Virus record (IMG/VR): IMGVR_UViG_3300022867_000065
Coordinates: 1-26,110 of that record
Length of the DNA stretch: 26,110 bases
Reading direction: 5' to 3' (one strand)
Origin: a virus
Lineage: Duplodnaviria; Caudoviricetes
Shown here: in pieces, positions 1 through 8,744 of the stretch
How positions within the stretch are numbered: the stretch's first letter is position 1
How the letters are laid out: every line of letters starts with the position of its first letter
Translations under genes and position numbers: made by a program
Notes under the pieces: model-generated
Databases searched by the model: none
What the model saw: only the letters and a program-made list of their open reading frames with translations
Told to the model about the DNA's origin: nothing

Positions 1-160
1 GGTCAGCAGAGTCAGCAGCAGAGTCAGCAAGGTCAGCAGCAGAGTCAGCAGCAGAGTCATCATGGTCAGCATCATGGTCAGCAAGGTCAGCAGCAGAGTC
101 AGCATGGTCAGCAGCATGGTCAGCAGCAGAGTCAGCAGCAGAGTCAGCATGGTCAGCAGA
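1..160 (+). repeat. Imperfect coding tandem repeat of 9/12-nt units TCA GCA (GCA) GAG/AGG/TGG
   Basis: Directly visible; all units are multiples of 3 and keep the reading frame. Confidence 0.95.
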
Positions 161-209
161 ACTAGACCTGATTGCTGAAGAGCTTATTCGGTTGCTTGAA
201 TCAGCATAA
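1..209 (+). CDS. 3' end of a phage protein with Ser-Ala-(Ala)-Glu/Arg/Trp repeats (5'-partial)
   Basis: The frame starting at nt 3 reads SAESAAESARSAAESAAESSWSASWSARSAAESAWSAAWSAAESAAESAWSAELDLIAEELIRLLESA* with TAA at 207-209. It is absent from the ORF track because the start lies outside the window. Confidence 0.8.
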   Translation, partial: SAESAAESARSAAESAAESSWSASWSARSAAESAWSAAWSAAESAAESAWSAELDLIAEELIRLLESA

Positions 210-217
210 ATTTATAC

Positions 218-235
218 AACACCATAGGAGTAGAT
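218..235 (+). promoter_or_regulatory. Repeated translation-initiation element, copy 1 (AACACCATAGGAG-TAGAT)
   Basis: 13 nt identical to 792-804; contains the AGGAG Shine-Dalgarno before the ATG at 240. Confidence 0.65.
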
Positions 236-239
236 AGAA

Positions 240-491
240 ATGCAGGACATGTACCAACTAGCGAAAATGGGTCTGATTGACGACGACTATATGAAAGACC
301 TCAAGAAAACAATGGATCACGAGCAGTCGCTGAAGTCGTTCGCCGATCACCTTGAGAAGGCTTCAGGTAGGCCTGACACGTCCTATCGAGGCTCAGGCGG
401 CAATGGCAAGCGCCTAGTAGCTAGCCAGCGTAGATCGGCACGCAAGGCACAGAAGAAAGCCCGAAAGAAGGCGCGGAAGGCGTTATCATGA
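240..491 (+). CDS. Hypothetical protein with highly basic C-terminal tail
   Basis: AGGAG RBS; ATGA overlap with the next ORF; C-terminus RRSARKAQKKARKKARK. Confidence 0.75.
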   Translation: MQDMYQLAKMGLIDDDYMKDLKKTMDHEQSLKSFADHLEKASGRPDTSYRGSGGNGKRLVASQRRSARKAQKKARKKARKALS

Positions 492-793
492 GAAAGAACA
501 CAATGATCGAGTTAGTCGAAGAACTTGAGAAGTTGCCAGAGTCTGCTGAAATTAACTTCATGATCGAAGAGGCGAAGGCAGGTGAATACCACGATTATAA
601 GAACAGGAAGTATGTCTGCGGGAAAATGGCATCATCCCAAATGCTAAGAAAGTACGGCCACATTGATCTAGCTAGGCGGATTGAAAGCGGGGAGTTTGAC
701 GAAGAGTGCGATGATCTGGATGAGCAAATGCTTCGCAACGATTTGGGAGATACCCCAGAAGGCAATGCCCTTAAGAAGATTTTAGGTCTTTAA
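488..793 (+). CDS. Hypothetical phage protein (acidic, 101 aa)
   Basis: ATGA coupling to the upstream ORF; plausible globular composition. Confidence 0.8.
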   Translation: MRKNTMIELVEELEKLPESAEINFMIEEAKAGEYHDYKNRKYVCGKMASSQMLRKYGHIDLARRIESGEFDEECDDLDEQMLRNDLGDTPEGNALKKILGL

Positions 794-810
794 CACCATA
801 GGAGATAGAT
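792..810 (+). promoter_or_regulatory. Repeated translation-initiation element, copy 2 (AACACCATAGGAG-A-TAGAT)
   Basis: Matches 218-235 with a 1-nt insertion; Shine-Dalgarno for the ATG at 814. Confidence 0.65.
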
Positions 811-813
811 GAG

Positions 814-1275
814 ATGACCAACCAAAACTTTACCGGCGAAACACCAAAGTTGTCATTCACCTCGGAAGTAACAGAGGCGACTTGGAATCTGGAAATGCTA
901 AAACAAAGCCCATTAACTGCGCTGGGTACTATCGTGGTTCAGGCGGAGGTAATCAAGGCTAGAGATAAGCGCATAGCGGAACTTGAAGCAGAGAACGAGC
1001 GCCTTGATAGTCTGGTAGAAGATTGGATGCATGATAACGCGCACTTGAAAGATTGTTTAGCAGAACTGGAATCCAACTTATCCGCATACAAAGATGCTGA
1101 AAATCTGTGGTGTAGACAGAATGATGCTCAAGTAGTAGAGAACGACAAGCTCCGAGAGACTGCACCGGCTTATAGTGCCCGCATAGGACATGCCGCCAAC
1201 TGCCGGAGAGGACTAACTATTGAGAGTTGCACCTGCGGCTACAACAACCTCAAAGCAGCCCTAAACAATGCCTAA
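814..1275 (+). CDS. Hypothetical coiled-coil protein with C-terminal His/Cys cluster
   Basis: AGGAG RBS; heptads such as RIAELEAENERL; terminal HAANC...CTCG is a possible Zn site. Confidence 0.8.
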   Translation: MTNQNFTGETPKLSFTSEVTEATWNLEMLKQSPLTALGTIVVQAEVIKARDKRIAELEAENERLDSLVEDWMHDNAHLKDCLAELESNLSAYKDAENLWCRQNDAQVVENDKLRETAPAYSARIGHAANCRRGLTIESCTCGYNNLKAALNNA

Positions 1276-1319
1276 CCGGAGAGTGAAATGTATCTCTACT
1301 GATATAGGGGAGTAGGGTA

Positions 1320-1697
1320 TTAGCTCTGCCACCTTGCCGGGCCTTTAGTCCTCGTGTCCAAGTGCGTGAAGTTTGAGTAGCTGCCGATCCCGTATATATC
1401 TGGATATCGCGTCTTTAGGTACGATTGAATGTCCCTAGGGTTCTCTCCAGCCACCACAAAGTCTACCGCCCTTGCCAGTGGGTGCTGCGAGTTATCGTTG
1501 CTTCCTGGGCCCCCTTTGGACGCTGGGACCCGGTTCCATTCAAAACACCTTGCAGCACTGGTTACTGTGATTGGTTTGCCGAAGTTTTCCCGCACATCTT
1601 CAAGGATAATAAGCGTCATATAATCGACGCTATCGAAGCCACAATTACACGAACACTCAAATTCGTGACGGCTAAAGTGTGTGGATAAGTCGCCCAT
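1320..1697 (-). CDS. Endolysin, peptidase M15A family (Zn peptidoglycan peptidase)
   Basis: HFSRHEFECSC, ITVTSAARC, SQHPLARAVD (SxH-x6-D) and FTHLDTR motifs; directly downstream of the holin. Confidence 0.9.
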   Translation of the reverse strand: MGDLSTHFSRHEFECSCNCGFDSVDYMTLIILEDVRENFGKPITVTSAARCFEWNRVPASKGGPGSNDNSQHPLARAVDFVVAGENPRDIQSYLKTRYPDIYGIGSYSNFTHLDTRTKGPARWQS

Positions 1698-1699
1698 TA

Positions 1700-2104
1700 C
1701 TACCTCGGTACTTTCGTCATTGTTGATACAACCTTCTCAGCACTGCGCCCGGTAACATACCCACCAAGCCCGATCTTCAGGAGCATCCACGCCTCATCAT
1801 TCAGTGGTGACGGTAGGAAGCCGAAGCTATCCATGAGCACCAAGAATAAAAACGTCAGCATGGTAATGGGCCGCCATGTGGCGGTAAGCCAGTGCTTTGA
1901 CTGTGCCTCTGCCTGCACGATACTGCCCTTCATCTCCAGCATCCGAGCCTCGTAATCGAGGAACTTCATAGTTACTTCGCTTTGACTTTCTAGCAACCTC
2001 GTCTTAGCGTCTATTTTCTCTTCAGATGAAGTATGAAGGTCGTCAATAAGTTCAGCCGCTGGCTTGAAGAGGCTTGTGATTAGCGTTAGTACTGCTGGTG
2101 CCAT
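1700..2104 (-). CDS. Holin, 3-TM (GTA-holin-like) family
   Basis: LIDDLHTSSEEK, AEAQSKHWLTATWRP, hydrophobic segments and LGGYVTGRSAEK, all typical of this family; GGAGG RBS. Confidence 0.85.
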   Translation of the reverse strand: MAPAVLTLITSLFKPAAELIDDLHTSSEEKIDAKTRLLESQSEVTMKFLDYEARMLEMKGSIVQAEAQSKHWLTATWRPITMLTFLFLVLMDSFGFLPSPLNDEAWMLLKIGLGGYVTGRSAEKVVSTMTKVPR

Positions 2105-2112
2105 GTTCCCTC

Positions 2113-2433
2113 CTATTGATTCCGTAGTATTGTAAGAATCTCTTTGTTGTCGGCTTTTAACTGGTCTTGAGCTTCCTTCAAGTGCTGAAGATTATTCTCA
2201 ATAAGGATAATCTTGCCCGTCACAGTGTTTAGTGACTTGGTGTTAGCCGACTGCTCAGACTTGATCTCCACCACATCTTTGGCGTGTAGAGTTGCGTGAG
2301 CCGCCCCTTTTTCATCCAGTGCCTTTACGGTAGTACTCAAGGTTCCATAGGCCACGCTAACCGCGACCAGTAGCACCAGTGATTCCACTGACACTAGCTT
2401 GCTTATGACCCTGTTTGTTACATCGTCCGGCAT
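2113..2433 (-). CDS. Single-TM coiled-coil membrane protein in the lysis block
   Basis: Start reassigned to the ATG at 2433 (AAAGGA RBS; avoids overlap with the upstream gene); TM segment LVLLVAVSVAYGTL followed by coiled coil. Confidence 0.7.
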   Translation of the reverse strand: MPDDVTNRVISKLVSVESLVLLVAVSVAYGTLSTTVKALDEKGAAHATLHAKDVVEIKSEQSANTKSLNTVTGKIILIENNLQHLKEAQDQLKADNKEILTILRNQ

Positions 2434-2459
2434 GGTCTTTCCTTTAATTGGTTGCTGCA

Positions 2460-3086
2460 TTACGTGGGATTCGGCAGATACTGGTTGGTGTAGATAATCC
2501 AGCCAGCAGTCGCGTTCAGGTAGATGAGTTCGACGCCGTTTTGCCCTAATCCCCATTCAAGCGTGTAATTACTTGCCAGCCTCTCAATAGGTGAGCCGTT
2601 CCTAAGCAGCGTTAGTGTGTAGTTTATATCTAGGTCTGATATCCGAATGCCCACCCTGTCGCCTGCTGTTGGGCTAGCGGGCAGGGTTACTGATAAAGCC
2701 CCACCGGATAGGTCGATAAAGTAAAAGTTGCCTGCAACTAGAGTAAAATTTGCCGTCTTTTCTGCGAGATCAAACGTCCAGTAAGCAGTACCACCGCCAC
2801 CGCTCGGGGCTGTGTAGCAGCAAGAGTCTACCGGATCCATAGTTCGCAGTTGAACGTCTGCCGAGTCCGTCAAAACAACCTTGGCATCGCCTGCATAAAA
2901 TATATCAGGAGGAACGCCGTCTGCTCCAAGTATGACCGGGTTAGCATTTGCGCTTGATAAGGCGGCATCCGAGTAAGTGGTCTTCCGGTTGGTGGTCCCA
3001 GTGTCGTAAAAGTTTAATTTCCCTCCGCTCAATGGCGCACCGTTAGCGTCAAAAAACTGGGTTCCAATATCGAGTATTCTGGACAT
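2460..3086 (-). CDS. Short tail fibre/tailspike adaptor: N-terminal virion anchor plus one small beta domain
   Basis: N-terminus QFFDANGAPLSGGKL..Y..GT...TYSD...NANPVIL is typical of podovirus fibre/spike anchors. The C-terminal TANFT..IDLSGGA..VTLPASP..GD..RNG..GW domain is seen in fibre/baseplate proteins. Sits at the tailspike position. Confidence 0.75.
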   Translation of the reverse strand: MSRILDIGTQFFDANGAPLSGGKLNFYDTGTTNRKTTYSDAALSSANANPVILGADGVPPDIFYAGDAKVVLTDSADVQLRTMDPVDSCCYTAPSGGGGTAYWTFDLAEKTANFTLVAGNFYFIDLSGGALSVTLPASPTAGDRVGIRISDLDINYTLTLLRNGSPIERLASNYTLEWGLGQNGVELIYLNATAGWIIYTNQYLPNPT

Positions 3087-4768
3087 TATTTAGATTCCTT
3101 CAATAGTTCGCGTAGCGCCTTCATTGCGTTAGTTTCGTTGACACCTTGCACCTTTTTGGCCAGAGCTACCGCGCCTTCTACCGCGATAGCACCAGGGCCC
3201 TGGATGCCAGTACGCACACCCTTCTCAACATCGCCTTGCAGTGAGGTTCTAGCGTTGGTGCCAAACATCTTTTCGAGTTCGTCGACAAACATCACTTGCC
3301 CCATAATGTCGTCATCAAGGTCGGAGGCTTTCACACCACTGCGCTTGGTGATATGCCCGAACGGGACTACATCTGTCCCACCAGATACAAACCTTTGCGC
3401 CACATCGTCAAGCTTCTTTATGGCGTCTTTTAGTGGGATTCGAGACTGCGCGTTACTAAGCAGTCTGCGGGTTAGTGTGCCTATAGCTTGATCTGCATTT
3501 TCACCGTAGAAGTCCATCTTTTTGCCTGCAACGTCCTGAAGCGCATCGAGAGCCCCGATAGTTTGGGCATATTCGGTGTTTACTTTGTCGTATGCGGGGA
3601 AATTCTCATCTAATACCGAGTCGAGGTTGTGGCGTAGAGATTTCAGGATATTCTCAGTCTTACCACCCAGGCCTCGGGCATTCTTCCCATAGGTTACTTG
3701 CTCATCAATAAAGCGCTTCATGCGGTGAGTATCGAAAGCATCTGGCGCTTTTGTGTCCAGCATCCGAGTAATGACATTCTTAATTACGCGCTGCGGTCCC
3801 ACTACACCCTCAAGGTCTGAGCCTTTAAAGTTGAGTTCGCGAGTCGTTGGGTTAAACTGCACACCCATGCCGTCCAATTCTTTTAAGAAGCCGTCCACTG
3901 CGGTAGTAACGTCTATTTGTTGACCTTTAAGGGCTTTCGCGGTGCTGTCGAGCCTGTTCCCGGCAGCCCGGTTAGCTTCCCTTACGACTTTTACACGGGT
4001 CAATACAGAGTCTCCGGCTATGTCCAAGGGGCGGTTCTCTGCGGAATAGCGAAAATTCTTTTTACCCTTTTCCACTATGTCGACCATTGCCGCCATTTTC
4101 TTGCGAGCGTTTTTGGGTGATGCTTTAATCTGTGCAATCAATCCCTCGTCAAAACCTTGTTTTACTGCCTCTTTACCCACTTTGTCGGTTATCGCTCTAG
4201 GAGCCTGTAGGGGCGCGCTGGGGTCGAGTTTTTTAGTCGCGGTGATTACATCGCCAGAGCCTGATAATAGCGCCTGCTCTGCTTCTGGTAGCTTTTCGAG
4301 TGCTTGCTGGCTAAGTGATACGCTCGCGGCCCGAATTGGAGCTTTAGCCGCTCCGATCCCCGCAAACTCAGCAATAGCGCCGGGAATCTTTGCAACATTG
4401 CGGGTTACTGGTGCGAAGCCGCCCGCCATCGTCAAAGCCTGTCCTGCGCCCCTAACAGCATCTTGCGCTGTTCCTGGCTCCATGAACCCACCCTGAATAC
4501 CGATACCCTCAAGGGAATCTGTAAGTGTGGGCATTCTCTTATCTGAACCCGCCAAACTCATAACCGCGTTCACAGTGTCAGGCACCACAAAATCAACTAA
4601 GCCCGCCGCCTCACGCATAGCGCCCGCGCCAGCTTCCGCTAGCACAGCGCGAGTATTGTCGAGAAAGCTGTCAGGCTTTTCCGCTTGCTCTGGCGAGTCT
4701 AAGACAAATCCAGGCGGTAACGCGGCAGGCTCGTCAATAACAAACCCTTCAGGTAGTTGTGCGCTCAT
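3086..4768 (-). CDS. Putative DNA ejection/internal virion protein
   Basis: Position after the other ejection-type genes; N-terminal LPEGFVID/LPPGFVLD repeats; Ala/Gly-rich then helical. Start at 4768 (ATGA overlap) preferred over 4780. Confidence 0.65.
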   Translation of the reverse strand: MSAQLPEGFVIDEPAALPPGFVLDSPEQAEKPDSFLDNTRAVLAEAGAGAMREAAGLVDFVVPDTVNAVMSLAGSDKRMPTLTDSLEGIGIQGGFMEPGTAQDAVRGAGQALTMAGGFAPVTRNVAKIPGAIAEFAGIGAAKAPIRAASVSLSQQALEKLPEAEQALLSGSGDVITATKKLDPSAPLQAPRAITDKVGKEAVKQGFDEGLIAQIKASPKNARKKMAAMVDIVEKGKKNFRYSAENRPLDIAGDSVLTRVKVVREANRAAGNRLDSTAKALKGQQIDVTTAVDGFLKELDGMGVQFNPTTRELNFKGSDLEGVVGPQRVIKNVITRMLDTKAPDAFDTHRMKRFIDEQVTYGKNARGLGGKTENILKSLRHNLDSVLDENFPAYDKVNTEYAQTIGALDALQDVAGKKMDFYGENADQAIGTLTRRLLSNAQSRIPLKDAIKKLDDVAQRFVSGGTDVVPFGHITKRSGVKASDLDDDIMGQVMFVDELEKMFGTNARTSLQGDVEKGVRTGIQGPGAIAVEGAVALAKKVQGVNETNAMKALRELLKESK

Positions 4769-6066
4769 GCTGGACCCCATTGCCCGCCTTGGAATATCAG
4801 TTTTTCACCCGTTTGCGGGTTAGTTGCTGTCTGGCCTTCTTGTGATCCTCCGCCTTTTTGTGCTGGTGGCGCGCTCGCTTGTTTCTCTTTTTGCATCGCT
4901 GCCCACTTCGCTGGGGTTCCGCCTGGTGTCCCAAGGAATATCGCGGCCTCTTCGATGTAGTTAGACAGCTTCTGTTGAGATTCTTTCTTGTCGACTAGCC
5001 AGCCCCTAAGCTCCGCCGGGTCCATATTGGTGGGCAGCGCAGTGCTAACAGCCAAAGCGAGCTCGCCAGCAGATAGGGCTCCAAACGTAGTACTCCCAAT
5101 AACATCCAAACCCATGCGCTTTTGAACATTATCCAGTTCTTTGGATGCGGCCCTAAAGCTTGGCAACATACTCATAAATACACCAGTAGAAGCCCCGTCA
5201 TCAATGGCCTTGATTGCAGTATCAATATTGGCGATAGCGGGCCGAATCTTGTCAATCCGATCAAAGTATTTATCGGAGGTTTTAATGGAGCTCTTAGCGG
5301 CCTCTGTCCGTCCGGCCTTGGACGCAGCAAAGGATATTTCCTCTTCCCGCGCAGCTCGCAGTACCGCTAGACGATCCTCGCCGGTAACAATAACACCTTC
5401 TGGATTTGTGACTCGTGTATCGCCATTCCTAAGCGCCTGGGTGATAGTTCCATTGTCATAAACGCGAGTAACCGCTGATGCGCCGATTTTCTCATTGTCG
5501 GTACCATCACCAATCTTGAAGCCCTTAATATCCTTCGCTACCAGATTGCCCTTTGCATCCATGTAAGAGACTTGCCCCGCCTTGCTGATATCTCCACCCT
5601 TGATAAGCTCTGGACCTGGTTCTGGGTCAAAAATGTTTAACTCTCTCCCCATCATCACGTTATCGCTGAACTCTTTGAGTAGCTCGGCCTGCGCTGTCTT
5701 GTCACCCTGCGCTGCAAGTATGGATTTCTGGGCTATTCTCCTTGTCCCGCTAAAGTCTACACCTGGGAAGTTTTGCTCATTAGCACTTTCAGCGCGGTTA
5801 ACTGCGATCCTGCTAACCAAGTCCCATCGATCATCTTTACCAAACTTTAATCCAGCGGCTGAATCAGTAAAAACTGTCTTCATGCGAGCCAAATCCGCCT
5901 CCTGATTGGCCCCAGCCTGCAGGCGCTGCTCTTTACCTGCCGCTACATTGCCTCGCTGAGCAAGCGCATCACGTTCAGCTAGACTGTTTCCAAATTCCAC
6001 TCCGCGCCCCTGTAATCCAGCGCTAAGACCCTGCAATACCAAACCCGCTTGGCTCATATCATTCAT
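4765..6066 (-). CDS. Putative DNA ejection protein
   Basis: Gene order; helical composition; TFGALSAGEL and terminal EGQTATNPQTGEKLIFQGGQW motifs of the kind seen in podovirus injection proteins. Confidence 0.65.
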   Translation of the reverse strand: MNDMSQAGLVLQGLSAGLQGRGVEFGNSLAERDALAQRGNVAAGKEQRLQAGANQEADLARMKTVFTDSAAGLKFGKDDRWDLVSRIAVNRAESANEQNFPGVDFSGTRRIAQKSILAAQGDKTAQAELLKEFSDNVMMGRELNIFDPEPGPELIKGGDISKAGQVSYMDAKGNLVAKDIKGFKIGDGTDNEKIGASAVTRVYDNGTITQALRNGDTRVTNPEGVIVTGEDRLAVLRAAREEEISFAASKAGRTEAAKSSIKTSDKYFDRIDKIRPAIANIDTAIKAIDDGASTGVFMSMLPSFRAASKELDNVQKRMGLDVIGSTTFGALSAGELALAVSTALPTNMDPAELRGWLVDKKESQQKLSNYIEEAAIFLGTPGGTPAKWAAMQKEKQASAPPAQKGGGSQEGQTATNPQTGEKLIFQGGQWGPA

Positions 6067-6085
6067 ACATTACCCCTTTTTATGT

Positions 6086-7558
6086 TTACCCGAGCGCGGT
6101 TAGAATGCCGCCGAGACCGCCCGCTGCTGCGCTTACTGCACCTGTAGCGCCGCCTGATTGCACGAATTGCCCCAGAGATGGCTGCGAGGCCACTTGTGAG
6201 CTTTGTCCAATCGAGATATTCCCCAGCATCGCTGCCAGCTGCTCTTGGCTCAGTCCAGTTTGCTGTCCAAGGCCAGCCAATAAGCTGGAAATGTTGTTTC
6301 CTCCAGCGCCGACAATGCCTGACAAGTTCTGCCCTTGCTGGTTAATCAAGTTCGCGAGCCCGGAAGTCGTATTGGAGACAGAATCGGCTATTTGCTCGCC
6401 TGTTCTGGTGCGCCCCGCGCCCATCTGCTGGCCTGTATTGAAATTGTAATTCGCTGCTAAGTTGCCAGAGTTCAAGCCAGCCTGACCTTGATTCTGTGCG
6501 ATATTCGACTGCCCTTGTGTAGCTGCAAAGCCTTGATTAGAGACCTGGCCCAATCGGTTGAACTGGTTACTAAAGTCCTGCTGTGCCAGTCCTTGGCCAA
6601 AGGTTGCTAGAGCCTTCTGGACGTTGCCCCCACCAAGCCCACCTGTAGCCGCTGCATTACGCACAATGGCTTGCTCGCCTCGGTCCCTAAGGAATTGCTG
6701 TCCCGGTGAGTCGTTGAAATTGTTGTAAGCGTCCTGCTGAGCTTGCCCACCTAATGCACCAGATTGAGCCGCCATCACACTGTTCGCGCCCTGCCCGTTA
6801 GTGGCAAAGCCCCCGAGGAGACTGGATGCGCGATTAGCTTGCTGGTTGTAGTTGTTCAGGCCGCCCTGTATGCCGCCTAGAGCGCCACTAAGTCCTTGCT
6901 GTTGTGCCATCTCAGAACCGATCAAACCGGTCGGTGGTGCCATTCCTGGAGCCGCCTGCCCAAAGGTTCCGGCAAGCTGCCCACCTTGAACACTGCCTGC
7001 TATATTTTGACTCTGCCCCGGTGCACCCCATTGAGTGCCCCCACCACCTGGGTTGTAACCACCTGGACCCCCGGCTTGGACATTTCCACCTTGTTGCGGG
7101 TAGCCGCCTTGTGCTGGTGCCTGCCCAGAATTAGGGCTTATGCCCGCGTTATATTGCGCGTTCTGCATTGCCGCGATAAACGCGGGGTCTTGCCCCATTT
7201 TGGTATTGAAATTAGCCTGCCCCGCCTGATCGAGCCCGTTGTAATAAGCGTTATCCATCACTGGCCGCTGTTGACCGCCTAGAGCCTGCCCTGGCTGCAT
7301 GGGGTTGGGTGCGCCACCCTGTGGCCCGGCATTTGGAGAACCGTAGTTAGGAGCCTGCCCGACAAAGCTCATACCATTGGCTGCGCCTTGATTCTGGCTA
7401 CCTACCCAATTCCTGAACTGGTCTTGAGAGCCCGCCGGAGCTTGGCCTTGGCCTACCCACGTCGCACCGCCGCCCTCATATTTCCCGCTTTGAGGGTTAT
7501 AGGCACCCGCTGCAAAACTGTAGCCAGGGTTTCCTGCTGGTGATCCAAGATTAAGCAT
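6086..7558 (-). CDS. Putative DNA transfer/ejection protein, Gly/Gln-rich
   Basis: Core SPGQQFLRDRGEQAIVRNAAATGGLGGGNVQKALATFGQGLAQQDF..QFNRL resembles P22 gp7-type DNA transfer proteins; low-complexity N-terminal half. Confidence 0.7.
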   Translation of the reverse strand: MLNLGSPAGNPGYSFAAGAYNPQSGKYEGGGATWVGQGQAPAGSQDQFRNWVGSQNQGAANGMSFVGQAPNYGSPNAGPQGGAPNPMQPGQALGGQQRPVMDNAYYNGLDQAGQANFNTKMGQDPAFIAAMQNAQYNAGISPNSGQAPAQGGYPQQGGNVQAGGPGGYNPGGGGTQWGAPGQSQNIAGSVQGGQLAGTFGQAAPGMAPPTGLIGSEMAQQQGLSGALGGIQGGLNNYNQQANRASSLLGGFATNGQGANSVMAAQSGALGGQAQQDAYNNFNDSPGQQFLRDRGEQAIVRNAAATGGLGGGNVQKALATFGQGLAQQDFSNQFNRLGQVSNQGFAATQGQSNIAQNQGQAGLNSGNLAANYNFNTGQQMGAGRTRTGEQIADSVSNTTSGLANLINQQGQNLSGIVGAGGNNISSLLAGLGQQTGLSQEQLAAMLGNISIGQSSQVASQPSLGQFVQSGGATGAVSAAAGGLGGILTALG

Positions 7559-8304
7559 TACACGCCTCCTAATAATTGGGCTTGATTGCCGGGCTTCTCG
7601 CCGGGATGTACCGCAAGGAACAGGCTAGAAAGCGCGCCGGATAGCAGCGGGTTAGTGTTCGCTCCAATCTTATTTAATAGAAAGTCAGCATTGGGAGCCG
7701 AACCCCAGTTAGTTGCCCCTGCATTCGCTTGATCGTCTGCAAAGTTCCGGCTGAGTGCTCCGAATTGCTGGTCCGTCAAATACCCGTCTTGGTAAGCCTT
7801 AGCCGCTAATGCTTGGTTAGTTGTACCGCCCGGTGTGAATTGGACAGGCTCTGTACCTGGTGCTGTAATACCCGCGCTCACAAAGTCAGGAACCTGAGTG
7901 TTAAACATCGATTCAAGGTTGCGTTCAGGATGTAAAATTCTAGGCTGAATACCGGACATATCGACAGGAAGCCCAAGCAAAGCGTTTTGTGTCTGCTCCT
8001 GGCCTGCAAGCATCGCTTCCTGAGCAAAGAAGTTACCCCTTGCCGTGGTGTCGATCTGCTGGCGAGTCGATAACCCTTGAGTATCGAGAGCACCTTGTAC
8101 GCCAAGTTCTCGGTTTTGCTGTGCAGCACCGAATAAAGGAACAGCGTCCTTCCGGGCTTGCGCCGCCTGCTCTTTAATAAATTGAGTTTCGGCTGCGTTT
8201 TGATCTTCCTGAGCGTCGAGTGCATCGCCTCTGGAATTGTAATCAGATACAGCCCCACCTATGGCAAGACCCCCCCCGATTACTGCTGCTGTGGTAACGG
8301 CCAT
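7558..8304 (-). CDS. Putative DNA transfer/ejection protein (first of the ejection block)
   Basis: Small-residue hydrophobic N-terminus (AAVIGGGLAIGGAVS) followed by a Gln/Ala helix; position right after the GNAT gene, as for P22 gene 7. Confidence 0.65.
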   Translation of the reverse strand: MAVTTAAVIGGGLAIGGAVSDYNSRGDALDAQEDQNAAETQFIKEQAAQARKDAVPLFGAAQQNRELGVQGALDTQGLSTRQQIDTTARGNFFAQEAMLAGQEQTQNALLGLPVDMSGIQPRILHPERNLESMFNTQVPDFVSAGITAPGTEPVQFTPGGTTNQALAAKAYQDGYLTDQQFGALSRNFADDQANAGATNWGSAPNADFLLNKIGANTNPLLSGALSSLFLAVHPGEKPGNQAQLLGGV

Positions 8305-8744
8305 TATAAAACCCTCGAATAGATAACTTCTGTTTGCTGATAGCCTAATTTCTCGTAAATGCCTTTGATCTCTTCAGGCATACTTGATTCCATATAAGCC
8401 ATATTCCAATATTTAATACCCGCTGCTTTGGCGAGCCCTTCAATATGCTTTAGCAGGCCAATGCCGTTACGCCCGCTCCTATGCTCTGGGTTTACCCACC
8501 AAGCAATCTCAGTCCCAGTTGCCACTGCGTTATTACCCAATAACGGGCCTTTAATGCCACACGCAAAGCCGACAACATGCCCGCCGATCTCAACCACTGA
8601 CATTAGGTTTTGCTCAATGCAATGCTTTGCCATGTTCATCACCGACACAGAACATAGCGGTTCATCGTAAATAGTGTGCTCCCAAAACTCAGATGACATA
8701 GCGATAATATCCACCAGGTCGTTATTGCTGCCCGCCCTAATCAT
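8304..8744 (-). CDS. GNAT-family acetyltransferase
   Basis: EIAWWVNPEHRSGRNGIGLLKHIEGLAK (motif A) and IYEKLGY (motif B). Start at 8744 (TGATG overlap, GAGGG RBS) preferred over 8765. Confidence 0.88.
   Translation of the reverse strand: MIRAGSNNDLVDIIAMSSEFWEHTIYDEPLCSVSVMNMAKHCIEQNLMSVVEIGGHVVGFACGIKGPLLGNNAVATGTEIAWWVNPEHRSGRNGIGLLKHIEGLAKAAGIKYWNMAYMESSMPEEIKGIYEKLGYQQTEVIYSRVL

Noticed and set aside
1-160. CRISPR-like array or replication iterons
   Set aside because: No unique spacers; the units are in-frame codon repeats that run into a normal C-terminus and stop codon.
1276-1319. Terminator or mini-ORF (MYLY*) between the convergent genes
   Set aside because: Only a weak, irregular stem with no U-tract; a 4-codon ORF cannot be supported.
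2434-2556. N-terminal extension of the 147-aa ORF
   Set aside because: It overlaps the tail-adaptor gene; a better RBS and ATG lie at 2433.
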